A stretch of DNA of 64,000 nucleotides from Candidatus Aenigmatarchaeota archaeon. GTDB lineage: Archaea > Aenigmatarchaeota > Aenigmatarchaeia > GW2011-AR5. Location of the stretch: assembly GCA_016187335.1 (NCBI GenBank), contig JACPJW010000001.1:4547-68546 (forward strand), written 5' to 3'. The notes beneath the pieces are model-generated. The model searched no databases. It was given only the letters and a program-made list of their open reading frames with translations, and was not told the origin of the DNA. The position numbers were made by a program, and so were the translations under genes. Shown in pieces: positions 28,794 to 37,659 of the stretch. Within the stretch, counting starts at the first letter, position 1, and each line of letters starts with the position of its first letter.

Positions 28794-29906
28794 CTAAGCC
28801 GCTCTGTAAAGATTAATGTATTTTCCTTCTTCGATTCCGGTGACAACAATGCTTCTTTCTGGAACAAGCAAGCCGTCGCTTCTTTCCGAAAAGCCAAAAA
28901 GCTGCTCTAAAAATCTTCCTGCCTCTTCTAGAAATTCTCTTCGGCCCTCCTGCCTGTACAAGTCGGGCCTGCAAGGGTTTTTGAAAGGCGGAAAATATCT
29001 TGGCTCTGCTCTGAATGTTTTCTGTTCAAGGAAATTCTTTAAATCTCGTTTTTTCGGATCTAAATCTATTTTTCCTTTTTTACCAGACAGATAGGCATGA
29101 GCCCATTCTACTGCCCTGACTACTCGCGGCGTATATACAGATTCAGAATCAAAGTCTTCTCCTTTCTTGAATGAGGGATCCGTTCCCAATTCAAGTTCAT
29201 TAACTCTTTCTTCCGTTTCTTTCGCAACATTCTCAAAATCTACGTTAGGATTACTGCCATCATAGATAACAATGTTCCCTTTATCATCCCTAACAAAAAG
29301 CAGGAAGGGATTTACAGTCCTGACGACGTTGTATCTTTTGTTAGGATAACCTTTGTCTGTCCATTTTTGGTATCTTCCTCCCCGAAACCACGTTGGTACG
29401 ATACAGCCGAAATGAAGAACGTAATCTCCTTTTCTTGTACCTGTATTGCCGCCTTCACCTAGTTGAGTTGTTGGGGAAACATTTTGACCTAAAAATACGT
29501 TCCATGAATTCAAGTGCTGGTAATCTGTAAGATGTCCTAAACCGTGGCCAACTGTTACACTTTTGATTGAACCAAAACGGGTTTTGTAAGATGGTGGATC
29601 ATCTCCCCGATAAACCACAATCCCATTTCCTGCCGCCATAACTGGCGTGTAAGGCGGGCGCTCCCTTACTTTAAAATCTACTCCTCCCGGATCTATACCT
29701 AAATGGTTTTCATAACCCCCGCCTTCTATTATTACCGGTTGTCCTGGAACACATGCAGCAGGAGAAGAATAAGCGGATGGATTTCCAATAGCCTTTATAT
29801 CGGCATAAGACGGTCTAACCCCAAGTAAAGTTATACCATCGCCGATACTGCCTGCGACCAAGATTTTGACAACTTCTCTGCGCGTATACGAAGGACCTGA
29901 ACTCAT
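28794..29906 (-). CDS. M23-family metallopeptidase (LytM-like), Tat/Sec-exported
   Basis: RREVVKILVAG twin-Arg-like signal. HLGIDPGG (HxxxD) ... GHGLGHLTDYQHL ... GNTGTRKGDYVLHFG M23 motifs. Confidence 0.7.
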   Translation of the reverse strand: MSSGPSYTRREVVKILVAGSIGDGITLLGVRPSYADIKAIGNPSAYSSPAACVPGQPVIIEGGGYENHLGIDPGGVDFKVRERPPYTPVMAAGNGIVVYRGDDPPSYKTRFGSIKSVTVGHGLGHLTDYQHLNSWNVFLGQNVSPTTQLGEGGNTGTRKGDYVLHFGCIVPTWFRGGRYQKWTDKGYPNKRYNVVRTVNPFLLFVRDDKGNIVIYDGSNPNVDFENVAKETEERVNELELGTDPSFKKGEDFDSESVYTPRVVRAVEWAHAYLSGKKGKIDLDPKKRDLKNFLEQKTFRAEPRYFPPFKNPCRPDLYRQEGRREFLEEAGRFLEQLFGFSERSDGLLVPERSIVVTGIEEGKYINLYRAA

Positions 29907-29976
29907 AGATAATATTTATTTTTCATTACATTTAAAGGTTTCGTTTTTAATTACTTAAAAGAAGTAACGTTTTAAA

Positions 29977-30627
29977 TTATGGTTCACCACCACTGGTAAG
30001 TTGCTCACCTGTGCCACCGCCGGTTCCGCCAGAATTAGTGCCCTTTCCTCCTCCGCCAGCTGGCCCGCTCCCGGTCTGTATTTGAGGATCTACATTCCCT
30101 CCTCCGCTTGGCCCCCCTTGCTCGCTCCCGCCCCCCGGGCACCCCGTAAACGTCACCGTGCATGACCTGCCGCGCTGCACCACTGGGCCTGTGTCCGTGC
30201 AGCCGGTGGAGTAGCCCCTAATGTCGGCTTCAGAACCTGATCTTACTAGCTGAGCACCCCACCCATTGTCCGTCTCGAATGCTTGGCAGTCGCCGCTGCC
30301 GCATTGCTGCATAGCATAAGCAGCGCTTGCGCACGTTCCTGCCCTGTCGCAGCCGCCTTGGTCTTTGAACGATTCATATCCTGTTTCTGTTATTTGTGAA
30401 CCTCCACCAAACGAGCTGACAACAGCATTAGCAACCGCGCTTATTGCATCAACAATAGCATCAAAAAAATCTCTTACTGCGTCCCAAAACCCGAATTTAA
30501 CAAATTTTTTCCCGGATAGGTCTTCCGTATTTGTATTAAAAAGGAAAGATGAAACTGCACCTATTGCGTATATGAAAGAAGTCATGACAAGCAATGCCAC
30601 GAGAGAGGCAAGAAACTCGTTTCTCAT
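29977..30627 (-). CDS. Secreted Gly-rich Cys-containing protein
   Basis: Signal/TM at the N-terminus. Eight Cys in the middle. C-terminal GGxGG low-complexity tail. Confidence 0.4.
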   Translation of the reverse strand: MRNEFLASLVALLVMTSFIYAIGAVSSFLFNTNTEDLSGKKFVKFGFWDAVRDFFDAIVDAISAVANAVVSSFGGGSQITETGYESFKDQGGCDRAGTCASAAYAMQQCGSGDCQAFETDNGWGAQLVRSGSEADIRGYSTGCTDTGPVVQRGRSCTVTFTGCPGGGSEQGGPSGGGNVDPQIQTGSGPAGGGGKGTNSGGTGGGTGEQLTSGGEP

Positions 30628-30690
30628 GGTAATAGTATGAATAAAGCCGCAATAAATAGTTTTTGAACTAACCTTTGAAAACTTTGGATT

Positions 30691-31827
30691 TTAATTTCTT
30701 CTGAAATCACTTTCATAAATTTGGTAATATTTACCTCTTTCAAGGGCATCCATAATTTCCCATATTGTTTTACCTAACCTTTCTGTTCTAAGCGACTCAA
30801 TAAAATTCCTGCCTGCTGGTGTATGAGCTTTACGACCTTGTGGCGGTATTCCTTTCCTTTCGGGTGCAAGAAAATACCATATGCTAAGATCGTAATTATT
30901 ACGGGTCCTAGGACTTAACCATATGTCTGTAGCATATCCAGCCACATCGTATCTTATTCCTTCTATTGTCACCCTCCATCTTCCTTTAGGTGGTGGATCA
31001 AATTTTATAATTTGTAAATTAGCTCTGTTTTCATCTATTGGCAGTCTAACTCCTTCTAATCCCTTGATTCTACTCACATCAATTGTAGCGTAAATATTCA
31101 AATTTGGTGGATCGGCAGGGTCGTATTTGTTTTTAATCACTCTTATCAATAATTCGCCTTGGCCTATTGCCCTCAAAGAAAGCGGTTTCAGTTTCCCTGA
31201 ACCTGGAAAATAAACATCGTATCCTTTGCATGTGGCTGCAATTTCGCCCTTTCTTACGCCTTCTAAATAAGGTTCAGCAAAACCAGAAAATTTCAATGCT
31301 TGCGGGTTTCTGCGCAAAAGTTCACTAAGTTTAGAAAAGTCCCATCTTTCCGGTGTTGTTGAGCAAGGGAAAATAGGTGCCTCTTCCTGCGGTGTCGGTT
31401 GAGTCGTTACAGGCTGCTGCCCGTCTGCCGGCTGCTGGTCCTGTGCCGCTCCGGGCGGCGCTGGAGGAGGCGCATCCGTGCTCTGGCTTGCGCTAATATT
31501 CGGTGCGTAAGAAAGCGCTCCAAGCAATGCGATCGCTGTAAGTTCTGTTGCAAGCCGGGTTCTTTGGTTATATCCTCTTTTCATTACGCTTGCTTCCACA
31601 TTTTCCGGGTCCACAACATTCTGCTGCACATACCTTAAAGCGACATCACGCTGCTTTAACAGGTATTGTCCTGTCGCACTGGCACGATTCATTGCGGCAC
31701 TAAATTGGTCTCGTGCATAGCCTCGTGCGGCATTCCAGTAGCTTGCCAATGAACGACTTCCAGAAGTAACCCTGCCCATTATTTCTGTCCTTTGCTGCTG
31801 CTCCGTCGGCCTTAATACTATTCCCAT
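30691..31827 (-). CDS. Membrane-anchored protein with Pro-rich linker (paralog family 3)
   Basis: Cytoplasmic N-terminal domain, TM (LATELTAIALLGALSYAPNI), linker DAPPPAPPGAAQDQQPADGQQPVTTQPTPQEE, then a ~220 aa C-terminal domain. ~120 nt are near-identical to the paralog 31863..32987. Confidence 0.55.
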   Translation of the reverse strand: MGIVLRPTEQQQRTEIMGRVTSGSRSLASYWNAARGYARDQFSAAMNRASATGQYLLKQRDVALRYVQQNVVDPENVEASVMKRGYNQRTRLATELTAIALLGALSYAPNISASQSTDAPPPAPPGAAQDQQPADGQQPVTTQPTPQEEAPIFPCSTTPERWDFSKLSELLRRNPQALKFSGFAEPYLEGVRKGEIAATCKGYDVYFPGSGKLKPLSLRAIGQGELLIRVIKNKYDPADPPNLNIYATIDVSRIKGLEGVRLPIDENRANLQIIKFDPPPKGRWRVTIEGIRYDVAGYATDIWLSPRTRNNYDLSIWYFLAPERKGIPPQGRKAHTPAGRNFIESLRTERLGKTIWEIMDALERGKYYQIYESDFRRN

Positions 31828-31862
31828 CTTTTCAATGTTCATCTTATTTAGTTTTTTGTTAA

Positions 31863-32987
31863 TTAATGTTTAAATTCGTCAGAATGACGACCATAGTAAT
31901 TGCCTTTATTCATTTTATCTATAACTTCCCACATAATATCTCCAAATATTCTTGATTTATCAATATTTTTAAAATTCCTGCCAGCCGGTGTGTAGCCCTT
32001 GAACCCTTGCACGGGTGGTATCATTCCGGATTTAAAATACAATATACCAAAATCAAATTTGTTGGATGTTTTGGGGTTGAGCCACACATCTATTCCAAAT
32101 TCGGTTATATCGTATCTTATTCCTCCGAATGTTATTGGCCACCTTCCTTGAACAGATGGATCATATTTGTATACTCTTAAGTTAGGTCTATTTTCATTTA
32201 TTGGAAAGTTTATTTGCTCTAAGCCTCTAATTCCTTTTACAGTTATTACGAAATCAGTATTCAAATTCGTAGGGGCATCTGGGTAGTACTTATTTCCAAT
32301 GACATTCATCAACAATTCCCCATCGGGCCCAATAGCTCTGAGTGGGAAAGGCTTTTGCCCTCTTCTCAGGAAAGAAATATCATAACCTATGCACGTTGCT
32401 GTAGTTTCTCCTGATTCAACAGCTTTTACATAAGGCGCGGCATGACTGGAAAATTTCAGTACTCTCTGTCTTCTTGGACCTAAAAATAATTCTTTGAATT
32501 TAGGGTTGCTCGCATTCCATGTTTCTCCTGATTTGGCGCAAGGGAAAATAGTTCCTTCTTCCTGCGGTGCCGGTTGAGTCGTTACAGGCTGCTGCCCGTC
32601 TGCCGGAGGCTGGTCCTGCCCCGCTCCCGGTGGTGCAGGCGGCGGCGCATCCGTGCCCTGGCTTGCGCTAATATTCGGTGCGTAAAGCATTAGACCGGCT
32701 AAACCTGTGGCAAGCGCTCCGGCGCGTCTTTTTTGTGATGGTCTGTTCCGCAGTACGTCTCCTTCAACTTGAGCTGCCAGCTTCAATCCCGATAAATAAT
32801 CAGAAACAGCTTTGCTTTGCCTTCCGGCGTATTTTGAAAAAGTGTCCGCTTTATCTAAGGCATAAGTTCCAGCAGTTCTGGCTTGGCTTGACAAGTAACC
32901 TCTCACTGCGCCTAAGTAACCTCTTGGATTTCCGCTGACGATTTCTGCCCTGACCTGCTCTTCTGGCATTCGTATACTTATTCCCAT
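31863..32987 (-). CDS. Membrane-anchored protein with Pro-rich linker (paralog family 3)
   Basis: Same architecture and same linker sequence as 30691..31827. Confidence 0.55.
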   Translation of the reverse strand: MGISIRMPEEQVRAEIVSGNPRGYLGAVRGYLSSQARTAGTYALDKADTFSKYAGRQSKAVSDYLSGLKLAAQVEGDVLRNRPSQKRRAGALATGLAGLMLYAPNISASQGTDAPPPAPPGAGQDQPPADGQQPVTTQPAPQEEGTIFPCAKSGETWNASNPKFKELFLGPRRQRVLKFSSHAAPYVKAVESGETTATCIGYDISFLRRGQKPFPLRAIGPDGELLMNVIGNKYYPDAPTNLNTDFVITVKGIRGLEQINFPINENRPNLRVYKYDPSVQGRWPITFGGIRYDITEFGIDVWLNPKTSNKFDFGILYFKSGMIPPVQGFKGYTPAGRNFKNIDKSRIFGDIMWEVIDKMNKGNYYGRHSDEFKH

Positions 32988-33097
32988 CTCTACCCTCTCT
33001 TAACCACTCTTAAGTGACAAGTATAAATATATCCGCGGCGGTATATAAAGTTTCCGCCTGGACCCTGTTTATATAGGGCTTGAAAGGATTAAAGGGT

Positions 33098-33469
33098 TTA
33101 GACCTTCAGCGGAATTACTGGGATGCCCAGTTTCCCGTATTTCCTGTCAGAGCTTATTATGGGCTGGCCTTCTGCCAGGACGGCGTTGAAGGCGTCAAAA
33201 ACGCCCAGATTGTTATTCTTTATGTGATTTACAATTTCCATGCCCTGCTTTATCGTCATTCCTTTTATGTCAGCTATCTGGAAAATGGAAGCGACGATAT
33301 TTTCCATGTCCAAATTCTCCCTTTTCGCGACAAGTAGGAGTCCGGCCAGCGTAAGGACAGAAGTTTCTATACTGCCTTTGTATTCCTCGTAAATCTTCTT
33401 GGCGCCCGTCTTCAGCCAGTCTTCCTTTTTTATCATGGCGAGAAAAAAATCCGTGTCCGCGTAAACCAT
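33098..33469 (-). CDS. vapC: PIN-domain toxin VapC
   Basis: MVYADTDFFLA N-terminal PIN signature. 123 aa. Confidence 0.7.
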   Translation of the reverse strand: MVYADTDFFLAMIKKEDWLKTGAKKIYEEYKGSIETSVLTLAGLLLVAKRENLDMENIVASIFQIADIKGMTIKQGMEIVNHIKNNNLGVFDAFNAVLAEGQPIISSDRKYGKLGIPVIPLKV

Positions 33470-33470
33470 G

Positions 33471-33719
33471 CTATCTTCCTGCCTCTTTCAGCGCTTCCTC
33501 GTACGCCTCCTTTCGGAGCTGCTTTATCGTCTTGCCCTTTAGCTTTTCCCCTTCCTTCTGCAGTGTTTTTACCGGGTCCTTTGGCAGCGGCTTCAGCAGT
33601 ATCCCTTCTTTTTTGATTGGGATTACAACAAATTCGTCGGTTCCGAATTCTTCAACAACATCCCTGCTTAATGTAATTCTCCTTCTTTCGTCCATTCTTG
33701 TTTTTGTCATGCTTTTCAC
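33471..33719 (-). CDS. vapB: AbrB/SpoVT-type antitoxin VapB
   Basis: RRITLSRDVVEEFG swapped-hairpin motif. Stop abuts the vapC start. Confidence 0.65.
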   Translation of the reverse strand: MKSMTKTRMDERRRITLSRDVVEEFGTDEFVVIPIKKEGILLKPLPKDPVKTLQKEGEKLKGKTIKQLRKEAYEEALKEAGR

Positions 33720-33869
33720 CCACGTATATTCAATATGTGGGTAAATATTTAAATTTATGGGTAATTTAAACTATAACCCATTATTGAACTTTTCTCAGAA
33801 ATCACATCACAATCACACAAGCTCACGCTTATATACCGCCCACGACAAAAATTTATCTGAGGTGGATAC

Positions 33870-34154
33870 ATGCCGTTATTGAGCGTACATAACATGGATT
33901 TGCTCCTTGTGCTGTTCGCGGTCCTCTATTTGGGAAGGGCAGCGCTGTTCAGGGATAAGGTGCCGAACGGGTTCAAGTGGCTCGCGGCCGGAGGCCTGGT
34001 TATACTCGTGCCTGTGGGCCTGTCAGCTGTGAACTGGACACTGCTGGGAATGCTCGAGGTGTTCCGCACGGTCGACACGTGGCTGAGCCTGCTTGGAGGA
34101 CTTCTTATCCTGGCCGGTTCCGTCAAGACCCTGATGGAGCTCTTCAGCAAGTGA
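33870..34154 (+). CDS. Small membrane protein, hypothetical
   Basis: 94 aa with three predicted TM helices. Confidence 0.35.
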   Translation: MPLLSVHNMDLLLVLFAVLYLGRAALFRDKVPNGFKWLAAGGLVILVPVGLSAVNWTLLGMLEVFRTVDTWLSLLGGLLILAGSVKTLMELFSK

Positions 34155-34249
34155 CCCTTTTCACGAGTAAACGCGAAAAAGCGTCAACGGAAAAGTATAT
34201 GGCCCGGACAGAATTGAGAACGCTGACAGTTTTTTGCTTTTCTTTTTTC

Positions 34250-34272
34250 AATAAATATCTGCGGGCTAAAGC
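34250..34272 (+). promoter_or_regulatory. Conserved upstream motif AATAAATATCTGCGGG(C/A)TAAAGC
   Basis: Same 23-nt motif recurs at 40347-40369. Both copies sit ~20-45 nt upstream of +-strand start codons (34317 and 40390). Confidence 0.35.
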
Positions 34273-34316
34273 CCGAATGAGACAGGAAGCTGAGCATTCG
34301 CTTCCGCTTGTAGATA

Positions 34317-34958
34317 ATGATTTTTATGCCTAAAAGAAAACCGAAGCGGGCAGTGAAAAAGAAAAGCCCCCTTTACGTTATCCTTGTTCTAGGCGTCATC
34401 GCGCTGTTCGCTGTTGTGTATTCGTACCGCGGCGCTGCGCTGGTGAATGCCAGCGCGGACGACGATCCTTCGCTGGGCAGTGAAAACGCCCCTGTCACGA
34501 TGATAATGTTCAGCAATTACGCCTGTTCGTTCAGCAGGGACTTCTGGCAGGACACCTTCCCGCTTCTGAAGCAGCAGTATATAGACACGGGCAAAATCAG
34601 GTTCGTTTTCAGGGATTTCCCCGTTCAGACGCCAGGCGTCATTGATTCCTCGCTCGCTGCGGAGTGCGCCGACGACCAGGGGAAATTCTGGGAATACAAC
34701 AATGCGCTTGTCAATTCCGTCCGCATCGACAAGGACAGCCTGAAAGAATACGCTTCTGATCTTGGCCTGGATACGGAACAATTCAACAGCTGCCTCGATT
34801 CGCAGCAGCGTCTGGCAGAAGTCAGGAAGGACTTCAGCAACGGCGTTTCCTACGGCGTCCGCGGCACGCCCACGTTCTTCATCAACGGCCTGCGCGTCGA
34901 GGGCGGCGAGAGCTTTTCGTTCTTCGCGCAGCTGATTGAGAAGGAATTGGCGAAGTAA
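34317..34958 (+). CDS. DsbA-family thioredoxin-fold protein with CxxS active-site variant
   Basis: N-terminal TM. MIMFSNYACSFSRDF (C-S-F-S in place of CxxC). C-terminal RGTPTFFINGLRVEGG. Confidence 0.65.
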   Translation: MIFMPKRKPKRAVKKKSPLYVILVLGVIALFAVVYSYRGAALVNASADDDPSLGSENAPVTMIMFSNYACSFSRDFWQDTFPLLKQQYIDTGKIRFVFRDFPVQTPGVIDSSLAAECADDQGKFWEYNNALVNSVRIDKDSLKEYASDLGLDTEQFNSCLDSQQRLAEVRKDFSNGVSYGVRGTPTFFINGLRVEGGESFSFFAQLIEKELAK

Positions 34959-34998
34959 ATGGCTGATTTTCTCTAGACGGCCCTCATCGTTAATGCAG

Positions 34999-35625
34999 TT
35001 ACCTGATTTCTCTCAGTATTTTTTCCTTGAGCATCTTTATTTTCCTGGCGTCTTCTATTCCCAGGTAGCTGAACTCGCTTCTTGCGCCCCGGACTATTTC
35101 TTTCAGCCTTCTGGGATAATTTTCCATGCCGTATTTTTCCGCGGTGGCAATATAATTTTTCAGGCTTATTCCGGAATTCAGCAGCAGGTTAAGTATATCA
35201 ACCCTGTCCTTCTGCCCTTTTATGGAGTCTTTTCTTGCAAGCTCGGCCTGCTGTTTCAGGATCAGCAGTATTTCAGGCTTCGGCACCTTGAATCCTTCTA
35301 TTCTTATTGTATTCTTTTTCACCGCTTCTGCGGGAATAATAAACTTCGAATAAAACGGCACGTATATGTCCACGGATATTTCGTTTATTTTCGTTTCGTA
35401 TTTTTTCAGGAAATCCGTTTTCTTAATCCCGTGCGCCAGCTTAAGCTTTTCCAATCCTTCAAAGTCGACTATTATGTCGATGTCCTTGGACTTTATTGCC
35501 TTTGTGTGCAGGTAAACTGCCCAGCCTCCTATCAGGATGAAATCTATCTCCTTTGCCAGCGATATCAGAACGTCCCAGCTCCTGTCAACTATAAGGTCAT
35601 CCCAGAACTCGCTTGATGTGCTCAT
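34999..35625 (-). CDS. Nucleotidyltransferase (AbiEii/minimal NTase-like)
   Basis: LIGGWAVYLH...SKDIDIIVD nucleotidyltransferase motif. Confidence 0.5.
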   Translation of the reverse strand: MSTSSEFWDDLIVDRSWDVLISLAKEIDFILIGGWAVYLHTKAIKSKDIDIIVDFEGLEKLKLAHGIKKTDFLKKYETKINEISVDIYVPFYSKFIIPAEAVKKNTIRIEGFKVPKPEILLILKQQAELARKDSIKGQKDRVDILNLLLNSGISLKNYIATAEKYGMENYPRRLKEIVRGARSEFSYLGIEDARKIKMLKEKILREIR

Positions 35626-36184
35626 CTATCTTCGCCTCCAATGCCTTCAGGAATTCCTGCGCGTACCATGTGTTTATGTTCCAGAGATCAGCGAAAAGCT
35701 GGGCCATCGGCACGGATTTGAATTTCCTCAGGTGCTCATCCATTCTAAGGACGATGACATTCGGCTTCCCTTTTTTCAACGGGAACCTTTCAGCAATGTG
35801 CTCGTCGCCGTAGACGTAAACCTCGCCGTAATCAGACGGCACTGAACGGAAAAGCATCTTGTAGCCGGAATACGCTGTAAATACCACCTCAGGCATGCTT
35901 TTCTCTATCTCTTCAACAGGCGCATCAGAATGCGTTTGGTAAACAACATCCCTTTGCAGCTTCCTGACCGAGGCCCAGTAAAGCAGCATCTTCTTTGCAT
36001 CCAGTACCCTGAAGCCCATGTGCTTTTTTTCTATGGCGCCCATGCTTTCCAGCGGCTTCAGTGCGTGGTTAACGCTGCCTATTGATATGCCGCATTCCTC
36101 AGCAAGCTTTTTCTGGCTGAAGAAATTCTTCTTCTTTTCCAGCAACTGGAATAAAATCTCGCGATAAACCCGCTCAATTTTCAT
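35597..36184 (-). CDS. Winged-HTH transcriptional regulator (AbiEi-like partner)
   Basis: N-terminal HTH (LAEECGISIGSVNHALKPL). Overlaps the start of the downstream NTase gene. Confidence 0.5.
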   Translation of the reverse strand: MKIERVYREILFQLLEKKKNFFSQKKLAEECGISIGSVNHALKPLESMGAIEKKHMGFRVLDAKKMLLYWASVRKLQRDVVYQTHSDAPVEEIEKSMPEVVFTAYSGYKMLFRSVPSDYGEVYVYGDEHIAERFPLKKGKPNVIVLRMDEHLRKFKSVPMAQLFADLWNINTWYAQEFLKALEAKIDEHIKRVLG

Positions 36185-36221
36185 TTATTTCACTATTTCA
36201 TTTTTATAATAGATAATTATT

Positions 36222-36249
36222 TAAAGGTTTCAAATTTTATTGAAACCTT
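36222..36249. promoter_or_regulatory. Inverted repeat AAAGGTTTCAA-N6-TTGAAACCTTT upstream of the HTH gene
   Basis: Perfect 11-bp arms ~40 nt upstream of the 36184 start codon. Confidence 0.35.
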
Positions 36250-36302
36250 TATATTTTAATCAAAAAACAAATTGAAAGCAACAACCGATGCCATGCCATA
36301 AA

Positions 36303-36347
36303 GTTACTAATACAAATATTTCAATCTAGCTAAATTGTATTAGTAAC
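36303..36347 (-). terminator. Strong hairpin immediately 3' of the M50 protease gene
   Basis: GTTACTAATACAA-N19-TTGTATTAGTAAC, perfect 13-bp arms beginning 3 nt after the stop at 36350. Confidence 0.4.
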
Positions 36348-36349
36348 TT

Positions 36350-37606
36350 CTACCCGCCCACAATCGCCGGCCCTATGAAGTTGAAAATAAGCAGGAAAAC
36401 CATGAACATAGTTACTAACTTTACAATGAAAGCGTTGTTCTTTGTCAGGGCGCCGGTGAGCTCCTCGAAAAGCAGGCCTCCGTCCAGGGGTTTTATGGGA
36501 AGCAGGTTCACGATGCCGATGGCCACGCTGAACAGGAACGCCCAGAAGAGGATCAGGTAGAGCCATAAAGGCCCGGTAAAGCTGCCGGCAGGCACGGGGT
36601 TGGCAATCCCGAGCATCGCCTTGCCCTCCTGCTGCGGATGCTCTGCCAGCGTTATTGTATAGATTTTTTCTTTGTCGCCCTGGACAACAAACCCTCCGCC
36701 GCCGAAAACGCTGCTTAAGCTGGGGCTGAGTTTTGCCGCAGGCGCGAAATCCTTGTTGCTGAGCGTTTTCACAGAAATGACATCGCCCGGCTTCTTTTCG
36801 CCGAGCAGTCCGGCTATGTCCTCGTGCGTTACAATCTTTTTGCCGTCTATTTCAACTATATTGCCGCTCATGTTCGCATTGTAAGCAGGCGTATTGTTCA
36901 GGACGAAAAATGCGACGCCGTTCTGCGTGAACGCGAAAGACAGCCATGCGCTGAGCAGCACCAGAATGATAAAGCCTACAACGAAATTTGCAAATGAGCC
37001 CGCGGCGTACACCTTCAGCTTTGTGCTTCGCTTCGCCCGCTGCAGCTGCTTCTCGTCCGGCTCAACAAAAGCGCCCGGCAGGAACAAAAGGAACAGCCAG
37101 CCGACGGATTTTATCCTTATCTTATCAAGCCTGCACACGATGCCATGGGCTGTCTCGTGCGGAAACATGACAACAGCGACGCCGATAACCCATATCCACC
37201 ACGGGATGATGAACAAACCCGGCAGCGTGACAGGTGTAGAAGCGGGCCCGGGCAGAAGCAGTCCTACGCCGGGTGTTTTTGTCGCGCCCGTGTATATCCT
37301 GAACGCCTGCTCCATAAGCATTAACGAGCCCAGGATCATCGCGGCTGTTGCGACAAAAACGCCAAGCAAAGCAAGCCTGTTCCAGAATCTAGGGTGCTTC
37401 CTTGCTATGCCGTCAATAACGCCGATGCCTTTTCTTGTCCTGTGTATGATCACAATGCCTTCCCTTTTCACGGAGCCGCGCTTCATGTAGATGAACAAGG
37501 CTATGCTGATCAGGAAGAGGAAGAATAATAGTATGTCCATTGAAATGAAACCAAGAAAGTTCGCTCCCAGCAGCGCAGCAACGACAAGCGCAAAAACGTA
37601 GAACAT
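36350..37606 (-). CDS. Site-2 protease (M50 family) with PDZ domain
   Basis: HETAHGIV (HExxH in TM), NLLPIKPLDGG motif and a PDZ-like middle region. Confidence 0.8.
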   Translation of the reverse strand: MFYVFALVVAALLGANFLGFISMDILLFFLFLISIALFIYMKRGSVKREGIVIIHRTRKGIGVIDGIARKHPRFWNRLALLGVFVATAAMILGSLMLMEQAFRIYTGATKTPGVGLLLPGPASTPVTLPGLFIIPWWIWVIGVAVVMFPHETAHGIVCRLDKIRIKSVGWLFLLFLPGAFVEPDEKQLQRAKRSTKLKVYAAGSFANFVVGFIILVLLSAWLSFAFTQNGVAFFVLNNTPAYNANMSGNIVEIDGKKIVTHEDIAGLLGEKKPGDVISVKTLSNKDFAPAAKLSPSLSSVFGGGGFVVQGDKEKIYTITLAEHPQQEGKAMLGIANPVPAGSFTGPLWLYLILFWAFLFSVAIGIVNLLPIKPLDGGLLFEELTGALTKNNAFIVKLVTMFMVFLLIFNFIGPAIVGG

Positions 37607-37659
37607 GACTTTAACATAGAGGCAGAATGCTAATAAAGATATAAAATAAGTTCGGTAAA

